DNA from: Calditrichales bacterium
Lineage (GTDB): Bacteria > Calditrichota > Calditrichia > Calditrichales > J004
DNA: 64,000 nucleotides
NCBI GenBank assembly: GCA_965267575.1
Contig: OZ254086.1
Location: 416,001 to 480,000 of the forward strand
Reading direction: 5' to 3'
Below, piece by piece: positions 1 to 9,368 of this stretch. The translations under genes were made by a program, and so were the position numbers. Under the pieces are notes generated by a model that was given only the letters and a program-made list of their open reading frames with translations, was not told where the DNA came from and searched no databases. How positions within the stretch are numbered: position 1 is the first letter of the stretch; each line of letters opens with the position of its first letter.

Positions 1-394
1 TTGAGCTGGAGCCGACTGTATCATCAATGTCACCGTTTACAGTTACAGTACCGGTTACATCCAGGGAATTCGCAGCCATATCCAATTCTGTTCCCGTACC
101 GGCATCTACAGTTAAGGAGCCGATGGAAGCAGCAGGCGTAAGATCGAGGACAACTGCAACGCCGCCGTTAATAATTACCACATCTGCACCATCAGCTGAC
201 TGATTGACAGCGCTTTCTCCGGGATAAGTATTGGAGCCAGCATTATCACCGTCCCGAACTACAGACCATGTTCCAGGTGTGCTCCAATCTCCTGATGTCG
301 TCGCCGTAAAAACATCCTGGGCAATCGCACTTGTGGAAAAAACCACTAAAAATGCCCAAAATGATATCCATGTAGCTTTTTTAGCAAAGGACAT
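1..394 (-). CDS. Secreted protein, N-terminal part only (runs off the window start; absent from the ORF track)
   Basis: ATG at 394 preceded by SD TAAGGAGGAG. Reads MSFAKKATWISFWAFLVVFSTSAIAQDVFTATTSGDWSTPGTWS..., i.e. a signal peptide then the 'SGDWS..TW' motif seen in large beta-rich surface proteins. Open to position 1. Confidence 0.8.
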   Translation of the reverse strand, partial: MSFAKKATWISFWAFLVVFSTSAIAQDVFTATTSGDWSTPGTWSVVRDGDNAGSNTYPGESAVNQSADGADVVIINGGVAVVLDLTPAASIGSLTVDAGTGTELDMAANSLDVTGTVTVNGDIDDTVGSSS

Positions 395-436
395 GTTGAA
401 CTCCTCCTTAACTGACAAATCTTTTCTGTCTTATCA

Positions 437-1246
437 TTAACTGTTTGTTAAAATGCTGAAACGCCAACCGGCTTTTTCTTCATTTTGCTGTGGCGTAAAT
501 ATTTCGTTTAGTTTTTTACGAAGTAAATTTTCGGTTAAACCGCGCATAAGTTTGCCGTTTTCCGCGTAGGAAACCATGCCGGTTTCTTCCGATACAACAA
601 TCACAAATGCGTCGGATTGCTCGGATAAACCTATGGCCGCACGATGCCGTGTTCCCAGCGATTGATCAATCTCGGGATTTGTGGACAAAGGCAGCAAACA
701 TTTGGCAGCGGCTATTATTTCATTTTGTATCAAAACGGCTCCGTCGTGTAACGGTGAGCGGGGGTTAAATATGGAAGTCAAAAGTTGTTCGGACAGCTTC
801 GCCTGAATCGAAACGCCTGTTTCCATTATGCTTTTCAAACTCATGTCCCTTAGAATCACTATCAGCGCACCGTAGTTTTTTTTCGACAACTCCTGGGTTG
901 TGGAGACAATCTGATCAATAAACTGAAGCTCTCCCACCCTTACTATTCGTCTAATCAAGCGGTTCTGACCGAGATAAACCAGAATTCTTCTCAATTCCGG
1001 CTGAAAAATTATCACGAATGCCAAAACCCATACTGTTTTCAAACTGGACATTATCCAGGATAATGCGCTCATTTTGAGCAATTCGCCGATAAAAGAGAGC
1101 ACCAAAATCAGCACAAGGCCAAGAAACATGCGGATTGCAACGCCGCCCTTAAGAAACTGATACAGCTTAAAAACAATCGCCGTTACAATCAGCACATCTA
1201 CAATATCTATCAGCGTTATCGGCAAAAAGCCAATCTTGAACAGCAT
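437..1246 (-). CDS. cdaA: Diadenylate cyclase CdaA/DacA (c-di-AMP synthase)
   Basis: Three N-terminal TM helices, IIFQPELRR, LHDGA and GTRHRAA catalytic motifs, VSEETG; lies downstream of folP. Confidence 0.93.
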   Translation of the reverse strand: MLFKIGFLPITLIDIVDVLIVTAIVFKLYQFLKGGVAIRMFLGLVLILVLSFIGELLKMSALSWIMSSLKTVWVLAFVIIFQPELRRILVYLGQNRLIRRIVRVGELQFIDQIVSTTQELSKKNYGALIVILRDMSLKSIMETGVSIQAKLSEQLLTSIFNPRSPLHDGAVLIQNEIIAAAKCLLPLSTNPEIDQSLGTRHRAAIGLSEQSDAFVIVVSEETGMVSYAENGKLMRGLTENLLRKKLNEIFTPQQNEEKAGWRFSILTNS

Positions 1247-1345
1247 AAATTAGATGCTACATTCGTTTATATTTAATTTATCTTTAACTTCTTTTTCATC
1301 TTTGAATCACCTACTGTTCAGCTATTAACCATGAAATGACGGTCA

Positions 1346-2500
1346 TCACACGGTTACGCCGTCTACAGCAGCTAAAACACGCCAGATTTGAGCAGCCGAC
1401 TCCACATCATGTGTACGCACAACCGAGGCATTTTTCATGGCGCCGATTGTCTGCGTGATAACGGTGGCGGTTTCCCGATCCGAAGTTTCTTTTTTTAAGA
1501 GAACTCCCAAAAAGGATTTTCGGGATACACCAAGCAAAACTGGATATCCCAGATAACTGAAATCTTTAAGATGACTTATAAGGCGCAAATTATGATTAGC
1601 TGTCTTTCCAAAACCGATACCCGGATCAATCATTACGCGGCCTTTTGTAATAGAGGCTAATCGTCCTGCTGTTTTCTCAAGAAATTCGTAAACAGCTTCG
1701 ACTACATCCTTGTAAGAAGGCATTTTCTGCATTGTTTGTGGTCTCCCACCGGTGTGCATTGCGACGTACGGACATCCATGCCGTTTAACTGTTGTCTCCA
1801 TAGCGGGGTCAAAAAGTGTGCCACTAATATCATTAATGATATCTGCGCCATTGTTCAAAGCCGCGTCGGCGACGGCAGCCTTGTATGTATCAACAGAAAT
1901 AAATATATCGCTGCTCTGCCTTATTCTTTCAATTACCGGTATAACACGTTCCATTTCCTGTTCCGCGGAAACCGGTGCAGCGCCCGGCCTTGTAGATTCG
2001 CCGCCAACATCAACAATGTGCACGCCTTGCTCTATCATACGCATACTATGCTCATAGGCCGTCGCCGCGGAATAATATTTCCCGCCATCCGAAAAGGAAT
2101 CCGGGGTCACATTCACAATCCCCATAACCAGAGGCCGCCTTTCGAAAGAAAGCGTCCGCCCCTTTATTTCCCAGGGGCTCGGAACAGGCTGTGTGAAATA
2201 ATTAACCACTTGCCGGAAAAAAGCAGCAATACTCCTGTCTGTAAAAGAACGGTTAGCTAATTCCGAAATCAGTGAAGTTTCAGGAATTATCTTTAGGAAT
2301 AAATCTTCTCCGTGAAAAACAGATATCAATGGCGCATATTCGGCGCCAATTTGGTTAAGGATTTCTCCCTGTAAGTTACTGAAAGTGCTTATTTTAAATA
2401 AATTATCGCTAATTCTCAAAAATTTTGAGGAAATAGCATATTTTTGATTGAGGTAAGATATCTGAGCGGGGCTTGCTATATAGATATAACGCGTCTTCAT
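1346..2500 (-). CDS. folP: Dihydropteroate synthase with ~110-aa N-terminal extension
   Basis: MGIVNVTPDSFSDGG, DVGGESTRPG, DPGIGFGK, SRKSF, VRTHDV motifs. Confidence 0.95.
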   Translation of the reverse strand: MKTRYIYIASPAQISYLNQKYAISSKFLRISDNLFKISTFSNLQGEILNQIGAEYAPLISVFHGEDLFLKIIPETSLISELANRSFTDRSIAAFFRQVVNYFTQPVPSPWEIKGRTLSFERRPLVMGIVNVTPDSFSDGGKYYSAATAYEHSMRMIEQGVHIVDVGGESTRPGAAPVSAEQEMERVIPVIERIRQSSDIFISVDTYKAAVADAALNNGADIINDISGTLFDPAMETTVKRHGCPYVAMHTGGRPQTMQKMPSYKDVVEAVYEFLEKTAGRLASITKGRVMIDPGIGFGKTANHNLRLISHLKDFSYLGYPVLLGVSRKSFLGVLLKKETSDRETATVITQTIGAMKNASVVRTHDVESAAQIWRVLAAVDGVTV

Positions 2501-2508
2501 TGCTGTAT

Positions 2509-4059
2509 TTATAAACTATCGCTTTGTTGCTTCTCAAGAATCTCACGGATGCCTTTCATCGCCTCCCGTGCATAGGGATCATCATCACTTGTTTTGCGTC
2601 TTACACGCTCACGAAAATAGTGCAATGCACTGGAGTCTTTCCCTAACCGCCGGTAAGCCAGGGCCATGTATAAATAGGCGTCCAGGTTTTCATCCATATG
2701 AATTGATGTTTTAAAGTAATCCAATGCCTTTGTGTAGTCGCCAATTGTATAATAGAGCGCACCGAGATTATACCAGGCGTTGGAATCATCAGGATATTCC
2801 TGCTGCAGCTCCGTGTAGATTTTTTCAGCCTTGTCAAATTTGCCTGTCTTCATATAAAGCGACCCCAGAAAGCTCTGTATCTCGGAATCGTAATGATTAA
2901 TGCTCAGGTAATCTTCCAGCGTGGTCAGCGCCCGCTCCAGGCGGGTGCTGCCTTCCACACCGGTGCTGTGCAAATAGTATTGCCGGGACAATTCAAATAC
3001 AGCTTTACGGTAGCCGGGATCTAACTCCACGGCTTTCTCAAGTACCTGGATTGTGCTTTCAAATCCGAGCTCTTCAAGTCTTGAGGGCAACAAAAAACTC
3101 ATCAGGTAATAAACACGCGGATCTTTGGAATCATCCACCAGCGCTTTTTTAAGATAGATTTCCGCGTTTTCGTATTCTCTCTCACGCACGGCCATGCGCC
3201 CCAAAAGGTAAGCCACCGGGGCACGGTCACGTTTTTCGCGGACAAGACCAATCAATAAAATGCGTGCACGGTTAAAATCGGGATTGGTAATATCAACGAA
3301 TTCCTTTTTTTCCCAGTTGTAATCAAATTCAAGACCCTTAAGCAGATGGGCATGGGCTTTTAATATAAGAGCGGTAACCGTCGTATCATCCTTCAGTTCA
3401 TCAAAAACACGGTCCTCGTTTCCGATAACCAGATTATGGCGTGGCTCGTAATAACGGGCGTCGGCCGTATCCAGCCGGCCACCTTTAAATATATCCGCTT
3501 TGTCGTTAAGCACCTCAATATACTCACGGAGTGATCGTATCCCCTCCACGCGCTCCTTGTGCGACGACCCGTCTGTTTTGAAAACCTCAATTTCCAGTAC
3601 CGTTTCGGTGGGAGTTACCAAAGGCGTAATAAGCATATGCGGGTCAAGCTTCAGGGCGGTCGAGTGCCATTTTTCAAATCGATCCGCGGAGTCTCTGCCG
3701 ATTGTATTGTAGAGCCATTGCCATTGATGAATCAAATAGCCCTTTTTAAGCTGCTCATTATTTATTTGGACTGTTTCGGCAAACCTAAAATCGCCGGCGC
3801 TTATTTTGCCCGAATCCTTTGCCGGCAGAACAATTATGCGCTTTGGCGGTGGCACGGGCCGCGCGATAACCCAAATAAGACTATAAAGCCCCAGAATGAT
3901 CACATAGGAGAATGTGATCGTTTTTTTGGCGGTATCTTTTGAAATAAGTTTTGAGGACTGAAAAAAAAGCGGGGCCAGTGTGGCTATAATCAATAAAGCG
4001 CCAAGCAGTAAAATGCCGCCCGGCACATTTCCGGAAAGGATATCTACAAGTTTTGCCAT
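2509..4059 (-). CDS. Membrane-anchored TPR-repeat protein
   Basis: Two N-terminal TM segments and C-terminal TPR repeats (e.g. AWYNLGALYYTIGDYTKALDYFK). Start set at ATG 4059 because the ATG at 4110 lies in the ftsH terminator stem. Confidence 0.8.
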   Translation of the reverse strand: MAKLVDILSGNVPGGILLLGALLIIATLAPLFFQSSKLISKDTAKKTITFSYVIILGLYSLIWVIARPVPPPKRIIVLPAKDSGKISAGDFRFAETVQINNEQLKKGYLIHQWQWLYNTIGRDSADRFEKWHSTALKLDPHMLITPLVTPTETVLEIEVFKTDGSSHKERVEGIRSLREYIEVLNDKADIFKGGRLDTADARYYEPRHNLVIGNEDRVFDELKDDTTVTALILKAHAHLLKGLEFDYNWEKKEFVDITNPDFNRARILLIGLVREKRDRAPVAYLLGRMAVREREYENAEIYLKKALVDDSKDPRVYYLMSFLLPSRLEELGFESTIQVLEKAVELDPGYRKAVFELSRQYYLHSTGVEGSTRLERALTTLEDYLSINHYDSEIQSFLGSLYMKTGKFDKAEKIYTELQQEYPDDSNAWYNLGALYYTIGDYTKALDYFKTSIHMDENLDAYLYMALAYRRLGKDSSALHYFRERVRRKTSDDDPYAREAMKGIREILEKQQSDSL

Positions 4060-4082
4060 TATTGGTATGGATCGGTTTGCAA

Positions 4083-4110
4083 TAGAAAATGCCGCCCGGA
4101 AAGGCGGCAT
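4083..4110 (-). terminator. Intrinsic terminator after ftsH
   Basis: Minus strand ATGCCGCC-TTTCCG-GGCGGCAT followed by TTTCT. Confidence 0.65.
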
Positions 4111-4119
4111 ATTCTGTCT

Positions 4120-6171
4120 TTACTTTTGTTCTTCTTCCGATTCGTCGTCAGGACCGGAGTCTTTAGGAGTATCCGGTTTCTGCTTATCGGATTTTGCTTT
4201 GTCTTCCACTTTCTTTTCGTCATCAGGATTGCCGTTTTTGGCGGAAAACGCAATACGGTCCAGCTTCTCGCCGCGCAGTACGGCATCAATCTGTTCGCCG
4301 TCCAGGATTTCATGTTCAAGCAGCGCGTTGGACAAAGCATGCAACTTATCGATATTGTCATTCAGCAATTTTTCAGCCCGTTTTTCGGCGGAAGAAACAA
4401 TCTCACGAACCTCAAGATCAATCTCTTTAGCGATGTCTTCGCTGTAATCGCGGTGCTGTGATATCTCGCGGCCCAAAAATATTTCCTGTTCTTTTTTACC
4501 GAATGTAATCGGGCCAAGCTTTTCACTCATACCAAATTCGCAAACCATCTTCCGGGCCAGGTCGGAAGCACGTTCAATATCATTTCCGGCACCTGTTGTA
4601 AGCTGGCTGAAGACAATTTTTTCTGCGGCGCGTCCGCCAAGCAGCTGGGCAAGCACTCCCTCGAGGTAATCCTTGGAATAAGTGTGTTTTTCATCCAGCG
4701 GCAAATAGGCGGTAACACCCAGTGCCCGGCCACGCGGAATAATTGTTACCTTGTGTACCGGATCCATATCGGGGATCAGCTTGGCCACCAGTACGTGACC
4801 GGATTCGTGGTAAGCCGTAGTTTTCTTCTCTTTTTCGGAAATCAGCATGGACTTTCTTTCCATACCCATCATAATTTTATCCTTGGCCTCCTCAAAATCG
4901 TCCATGCCCACTTTTTTCTTGTCTTTGCGGGCGGCGAGGAGGGCGGCTTCGTTTACAAGGTTGGCCAGATCGGCACCGGAAAGACCCGGCGTGCCTTTGG
5001 CAACCGCTTCCAAATCAACACTGTCATCGATAGGTACATTGCTGGCATGCACTTTCAGAATGCCTGTACGGCCACGTACGTCAGGACGGTCGACAACGAT
5101 CTGCCGGTCAAAACGACCGGGACGAAGCAGTGCGGCATCCAATACGTCCGGACGGTTTGTCGCGGCAATCAGGATAACACCCTCTTTTGTGTCAAAACCA
5201 TCCATTTCAACCAGTAGCTGATTGAGGGTCTGCTCGCGTTCATCATGTCCCCCGCCCAAACCGGCGCCACGGTGGCGTCCTACTGCGTCAATCTCATCAA
5301 TGAAAATAATACAAGGGGCGTGTTTGCGGCCCATTTCAAAAAGATCGCGTACACGGCTGGCGCCCACACCAACAAACATTTCAACAAAATCGGCGCCGCT
5401 CATACTGAAAAATGGTACGCCCGCTTCACCGGCAACGGCTTTGGCCAGCAAGGTCTTGCCTGTTCCCGGGGGGCCAAGCAGCAATGCTCCTTTGGGTATC
5501 TTTCCGCCCAGGCGCTGGAACTTTTCAGGAAACTTCAAAAACTCGATGATCTCCTGCAGTTCCATTTTAGCCTCATCGGCGCCGGCCACATCTTTAAAGG
5601 TGATCTTGGCCTTATCCGGCGTAAGCATCTTGGCTTTGCTTTTACCAAAGCTGAATATGCCGCGGCCGCTGCCTCCACCTCCCTGCATGCGGCGGGTAAA
5701 GAATATCCAGGCAGCAATCAAAATAATCCATGGCAGGGCATTTATCAGCAACAGCGACCACTCGCTGGAAGGCTCGACAAAGCGGTATTTCACGCCCATC
5801 TCATCCCATTTGGCTGTTACCGTTTCGTCAACATACGGTAAAATGGTCCGGAAATTTTTCGTCTTTACGGACTGGTCCGGTTCGCCAAATATCTCCGGCT
5901 CTTTAAGCTGACCGCGAAAGACATTTTCTTTAAGCGTCACCACGCCTTCATCGATTTTTCCATCATTCAGAAATTCGAGGTAACGCGTGTAGCCAATCTC
6001 AACCTCATTCGGTCGGTTGTCCGGCCAAAAGGTGCTGAACAAAAGAGCAAACAGCAGGATAACCACCCAAATCAATCCGGTTTTGGAAGCCTTTTTCCAC
6101 TGAAATTCGTCGTCTTTTTTAGGGGGACGATCCTGTTGTTCTTTATCCTTGTTGTTTTTTTCTTCACTCAT
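4120..6171 (-). CDS. ftsH: ATP-dependent zinc metalloprotease FtsH
   Basis: Two TMs, Walker [18 protein letters not shown] region [21 protein letters not shown] zinc motif. Confidence 0.98.
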   Translation of the reverse strand: MSEEKNNKDKEQQDRPPKKDDEFQWKKASKTGLIWVVILLFALLFSTFWPDNRPNEVEIGYTRYLEFLNDGKIDEGVVTLKENVFRGQLKEPEIFGEPDQSVKTKNFRTILPYVDETVTAKWDEMGVKYRFVEPSSEWSLLLINALPWIILIAAWIFFTRRMQGGGGSGRGIFSFGKSKAKMLTPDKAKITFKDVAGADEAKMELQEIIEFLKFPEKFQRLGGKIPKGALLLGPPGTGKTLLAKAVAGEAGVPFFSMSGADFVEMFVGVGASRVRDLFEMGRKHAPCIIFIDEIDAVGRHRGAGLGGGHDEREQTLNQLLVEMDGFDTKEGVILIAATNRPDVLDAALLRPGRFDRQIVVDRPDVRGRTGILKVHASNVPIDDSVDLEAVAKGTPGLSGADLANLVNEAALLAARKDKKKVGMDDFEEAKDKIMMGMERKSMLISEKEKKTTAYHESGHVLVAKLIPDMDPVHKVTIIPRGRALGVTAYLPLDEKHTYSKDYLEGVLAQLLGGRAAEKIVFSQLTTGAGNDIERASDLARKMVCEFGMSEKLGPITFGKKEQEIFLGREISQHRDYSEDIAKEIDLEVREIVSSAEKRAEKLLNDNIDKLHALSNALLEHEILDGEQIDAVLRGEKLDRIAFSAKNGNPDDEKKVEDKAKSDKQKPDTPKDSGPDDESEEEQK

Positions 6172-6193
6172 CAGACAGGTATTTCCTCTTCAT

Positions 6194-6742
6194 TTATGAT
6201 TGATTTTCGATGACATATATGGCGCGCAGGTTACGTTTTAGCTGGGCGTCGTCCAGTCCATAGCCTACCACGAATTTGTCATCAATGTCAAAACCGACAT
6301 AATCAATGTTAATATCGGCGATTGTTTTTGTTGATTTATGTAAAAGCGTCACAAACTTTAAAGACGCGGGGCCAAAAGCGTTGAGCATATCTCGTAAAAA
6401 TTTTACCGAAAGACCGGAATCAACAATATCCTCTACTACGATCACGTTGCGCCCGGCAATATCAGCGTTCAGCGGTTTTAATATTTTAATGTGGCCGGAC
6501 GATTCACGCTGGTTTCCGTAACTGGAAATGCGGATAAAATCCATTTCCACATCAATACTTATATGACGGATCAGATCTGCAAGAAAAATGAAGGCGCCGT
6601 TCAATACGCCAATGAGGATGGGCTTCTTGGTCTCATAGTCCCGGCTGATCGCTGCGCCCAATTCGGCAAGCCGTTTTTCAATCGCTTCTTCCGAATAGAG
6701 TATTTTGTAATTTGATTCAACTAGTTTTACGTGTTCTGGCAT
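6194..6742 (-). CDS. hpt: Hypoxanthine phosphoribosyltransferase
   Basis: VVEDIVDSGLS PRPP motif, FVVGYGLD; tilS-hpt-ftsH synteny. Confidence 0.95.
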   Translation of the reverse strand: MPEHVKLVESNYKILYSEEAIEKRLAELGAAISRDYETKKPILIGVLNGAFIFLADLIRHISIDVEMDFIRISSYGNQRESSGHIKILKPLNADIAGRNVIVVEDIVDSGLSVKFLRDMLNAFGPASLKFVTLLHKSTKTIADINIDYVGFDIDDKFVVGYGLDDAQLKRNLRAIYVIENQS

Positions 6743-6747
6743 GGTTT

Positions 6748-8112
6748 TCAGATTTCTTCAATGGTTAATTTAAATATCTTGTTACAACTTTTATTCCACT
6801 TATATCGATTATCAATTCTGTATGCGCCGATCCAAACGATTTCCCCGCCATTTAACAGTAGCGGAATGTTTTTTTTGCGATCTGTACTCACCTTGTTATT
6901 CACAAAAAAGTCACTGACTTTCTGGCGTGTATTCATGCCAAGCGGGTAAAAAAAGTCACCTTTTTGCCAGGTGCGCAGCCTTAACGGCCAGGAGAGATTA
7001 TCACCGCAGATGTATTCAATATCCGGATTATTATCGATGCGAACCTCCGCCGCATCAACACTGTGTACTCCTATCCGGAAGCCGCCAAAATTGACGAACT
7101 GATCCGCGAAAAGTTCCGCAAACCCCGCATCTTTAGCGTCTCCGGAAAGAAAACGAAAGTGTGCCCTGTCTTTAACAACCCTGCACGCCATGCCCAAAAA
7201 CCACTGCCCGCCTCCCTGAGATTTGTGTGCAAAGGCGTCAAAATCCAGGAATTGTTTTTCCGATAAACTCCAATTTAAACCCGTGCTCCTCAAAACACAA
7301 TAATCCAGCAAGAGCCTTTGTCTCAGGCTGTTTTGCGACTTGTAATAGTTAACGGGCAAAAGCAGAACGTCTTTTTCCCACTCTACATTTTGCCGGAATT
7401 CGCCTTGCAATAGCAGGCGGTAATCTTCCAGGAAACGGATAAGCTTGCGGTGGCTCGTTTTGAAGTTTTCAAACGGCTGCACAAAAACATCTTCGATGGC
7501 AGGAAGAAGCACGCGCCGCATGGACGAACGCAGATTTGTCCCATGGAGATTACTTTTATCAACGCGGTAAGCGATAGCATTACGTGCCAGGTAGTGTTCA
7601 ATCTGCCTGCGATCTGTAAAGAGCAGCGGGCGGATAAAGTGAGTGCGCTTAATCGGGATCCCCGCCAGGCCACGGGGGCCGCTGCCATGAAACAGGCGCA
7701 TCAGGAAAGTCTCAAGCTGATCGCTAAGAGTGTGAGCGGTGGCGATCTTCAAACCGGGCGTGGAAGCCAGGTGTTTTTCAAAAAGACCGTAGCGGGCCTC
7801 GCGCAGAACTTCCTCGGATGCGTCCTTGTCAACGCCCTTAAGCCGGCTGGCATAGAACGGCACTCCCCGCTCACCACAGAGATCGCGGCAAAAACGCTCA
7901 TCTTCATCGCTTTCCTTGCCACGCGTTCCATGATTGATATGCAGCGCGCTGATGCTCAGCTCATATGATTGTTTAATTTCAAGCAGGAGATGCAACAGGC
8001 AAACGGAATCGGCCCCGCCGGACAAGGCCACGCAGATTTTATCTCCGGTGGAGATAAGGTGGGAAGAATCAACAAAGTCGGTAAATTCTTGGATTAACAC
8101 GATAGGCGGCAT
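6748..8112 (-). CDS. tilS: tRNA(Ile)-lysidine synthetase
   Basis: SGGADS PP-loop, HINHG, ATAHT..DQLET, IRPLL, TilS C-terminal domain. Exact start uncertain. Confidence 0.95.
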   Translation of the reverse strand: MPPIVLIQEFTDFVDSSHLISTGDKICVALSGGADSVCLLHLLLEIKQSYELSISALHINHGTRGKESDEDERFCRDLCGERGVPFYASRLKGVDKDASEEVLREARYGLFEKHLASTPGLKIATAHTLSDQLETFLMRLFHGSGPRGLAGIPIKRTHFIRPLLFTDRRQIEHYLARNAIAYRVDKSNLHGTNLRSSMRRVLLPAIEDVFVQPFENFKTSHRKLIRFLEDYRLLLQGEFRQNVEWEKDVLLLPVNYYKSQNSLRQRLLLDYCVLRSTGLNWSLSEKQFLDFDAFAHKSQGGGQWFLGMACRVVKDRAHFRFLSGDAKDAGFAELFADQFVNFGGFRIGVHSVDAAEVRIDNNPDIEYICGDNLSWPLRLRTWQKGDFFYPLGMNTRQKVSDFFVNNKVSTDRKKNIPLLLNGGEIVWIGAYRIDNRYKWNKSCNKIFKLTIEEI

Positions 8113-8122
8113 GCTAAAAAAG

Positions 8123-8196
8123 TAGCGGCGCAGGGACTCGAACCCCGGACACTCGGATTATGATTCCGATGCTCTAACCAACTGAGCTACGCCGCC
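8123..8196 (-). tRNA. tRNA-Met(CAT), probably elongator
   Basis: GGCGGCGTAGCTCAGTTGGTTAGAGCATCGGAATCATAATCCGAGTGTCCGGGGTTCGAGTCCCTGCGCCGCTA folds as a cloverleaf with anticodon CAT and G1:U72; CCA not encoded. Confidence 0.92.
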
Positions 8197-8238
8197 ATAA
8201 AAAATAGGTGGCCCTTTTAAGAACCACCTTATTTGTAG

Positions 8239-8312
<74 letters not shown>

Positions 8313-8327
8313 ATCAATAGGACAACT

Positions 8328-8356
8328 AATATAGGGGTGTCATACATTTATGTCAA
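8328..8356 (-). promoter_or_regulatory. Sigma70-type promoter for the tRNA-tilS transcript
   Basis: TTGACA-N17-TATATT overlapping the lpxK 3' end, 15 nt upstream of tRNA-fMet. Confidence 0.75.
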
Positions 8357-9368
8357 GGAGTGATTTAAGTTTTTCGCGGAGAAAACGGGGCTCATCAACC
8401 ACAACATTTCCGGACAGAGCATAGACTGGAATAGTTGCTTTTATCAGGGAAACGATCGTGTCGTCGGCTGCAAGTTTTACAAGGTCTTTTTCCGTGCAAA
8501 CAAGCATCCGGCATCGGGCTTTTTCGGCCGCGCGTAATACGTGTTCGATTGCATCAACGGTATAGGCGGCATGGTCCCGGAAAAAGCGCAGGCCCGCAAC
8601 TTTAGCTCCATGCCGGGACACAGCCTCTGCAAAAGAAGCCGGCTGTGCAATAGCCGCAAAAATGAAAACTGAAGCATCCCGCAAGATGTCTGGTTCATGG
8701 TGGCCAAATGAAATGTCGAGCAAATGGCTTGTTTCGAAACGGGACGGTACGGTCTGCCCGGCGGAAGAGTATACGCGCGGCCGGCCTTGATCGCTGTGCG
8801 TTTCCACGATGAGATCGGCACGTTTCAAGCGGTATTTCGGTTCGCGCAGCGTGCCTACGGGAAGAATAAAATTGCCACGCCAGGGCTGACGGCGGCTGAT
8901 CAAAACAATGTCCAGATCACGGGCAGCGGCGCGGTGCTGAAAGCCATCGTCCAGGATGATTACATCCGCGTTTTTTTCGACGGCCTGTATCGCCTCCCGG
9001 CGCTTTTCGGCAACAACCACTACTGCATCCGGTAAGCGCCGCGCGATCAGCCAGGGTTCGTCGCCGCCTTGTTGGGGACTGACAAGAATCTTTTGCCCGT
9101 CGCTTACGCGAAGCAGGCCGCGCGACACACGGCCATAACCGCGGCTTACGACAGCAATACGCTTGCCGTGGCTTTGCAGCAATCGGCCTAAATAAATAAC
9201 AAAGGGCGTTTTGCCCGTGCCACCGGCAGTAATGTTGCCAACGGAAATAACAGGCACTTTGGCCTTGTAGCTCCTGAACAATCCCAGATCGTACAGCAGA
9301 TTGCGCAGCTCGATAATGGCCGCGTACAACAGGGAAAACGGCAACAACAGATAGCGCAGCGGGTTCAT
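8340..9368 (-). CDS. lpxK: Tetraacyldisaccharide 4'-kinase
   Basis: SVGNITAGGTGKTP, SRGYG, GDEP, LDDGFQH, GTLREP, TEKD motifs. Confidence 0.96.
   Translation of the reverse strand: MNPLRYLLLPFSLLYAAIIELRNLLYDLGLFRSYKAKVPVISVGNITAGGTGKTPFVIYLGRLLQSHGKRIAVVSRGYGRVSRGLLRVSDGQKILVSPQQGGDEPWLIARRLPDAVVVVAEKRREAIQAVEKNADVIILDDGFQHRAAARDLDIVLISRRQPWRGNFILPVGTLREPKYRLKRADLIVETHSDQGRPRVYSSAGQTVPSRFETSHLLDISFGHHEPDILRDASVFIFAAIAQPASFAEAVSRHGAKVAGLRFFRDHAAYTVDAIEHVLRAAEKARCRMLVCTEKDLVKLAADDTIVSLIKATIPVYALSGNVVVDEPRFLREKLKSLLDINV

Noticed and set aside
231-440. 69-aa plus-strand ORF
   Set aside because: It is antisense to the minus-strand gene starting at 394, which has a strong SD and signal peptide.
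8123-8196. tRNA-Ile2 assignment
   Set aside because: The acceptor stem GGCGGCG with G1:U72 resembles elongator Met and lacks the C4/C5 typical of Ile2; not formally excluded.
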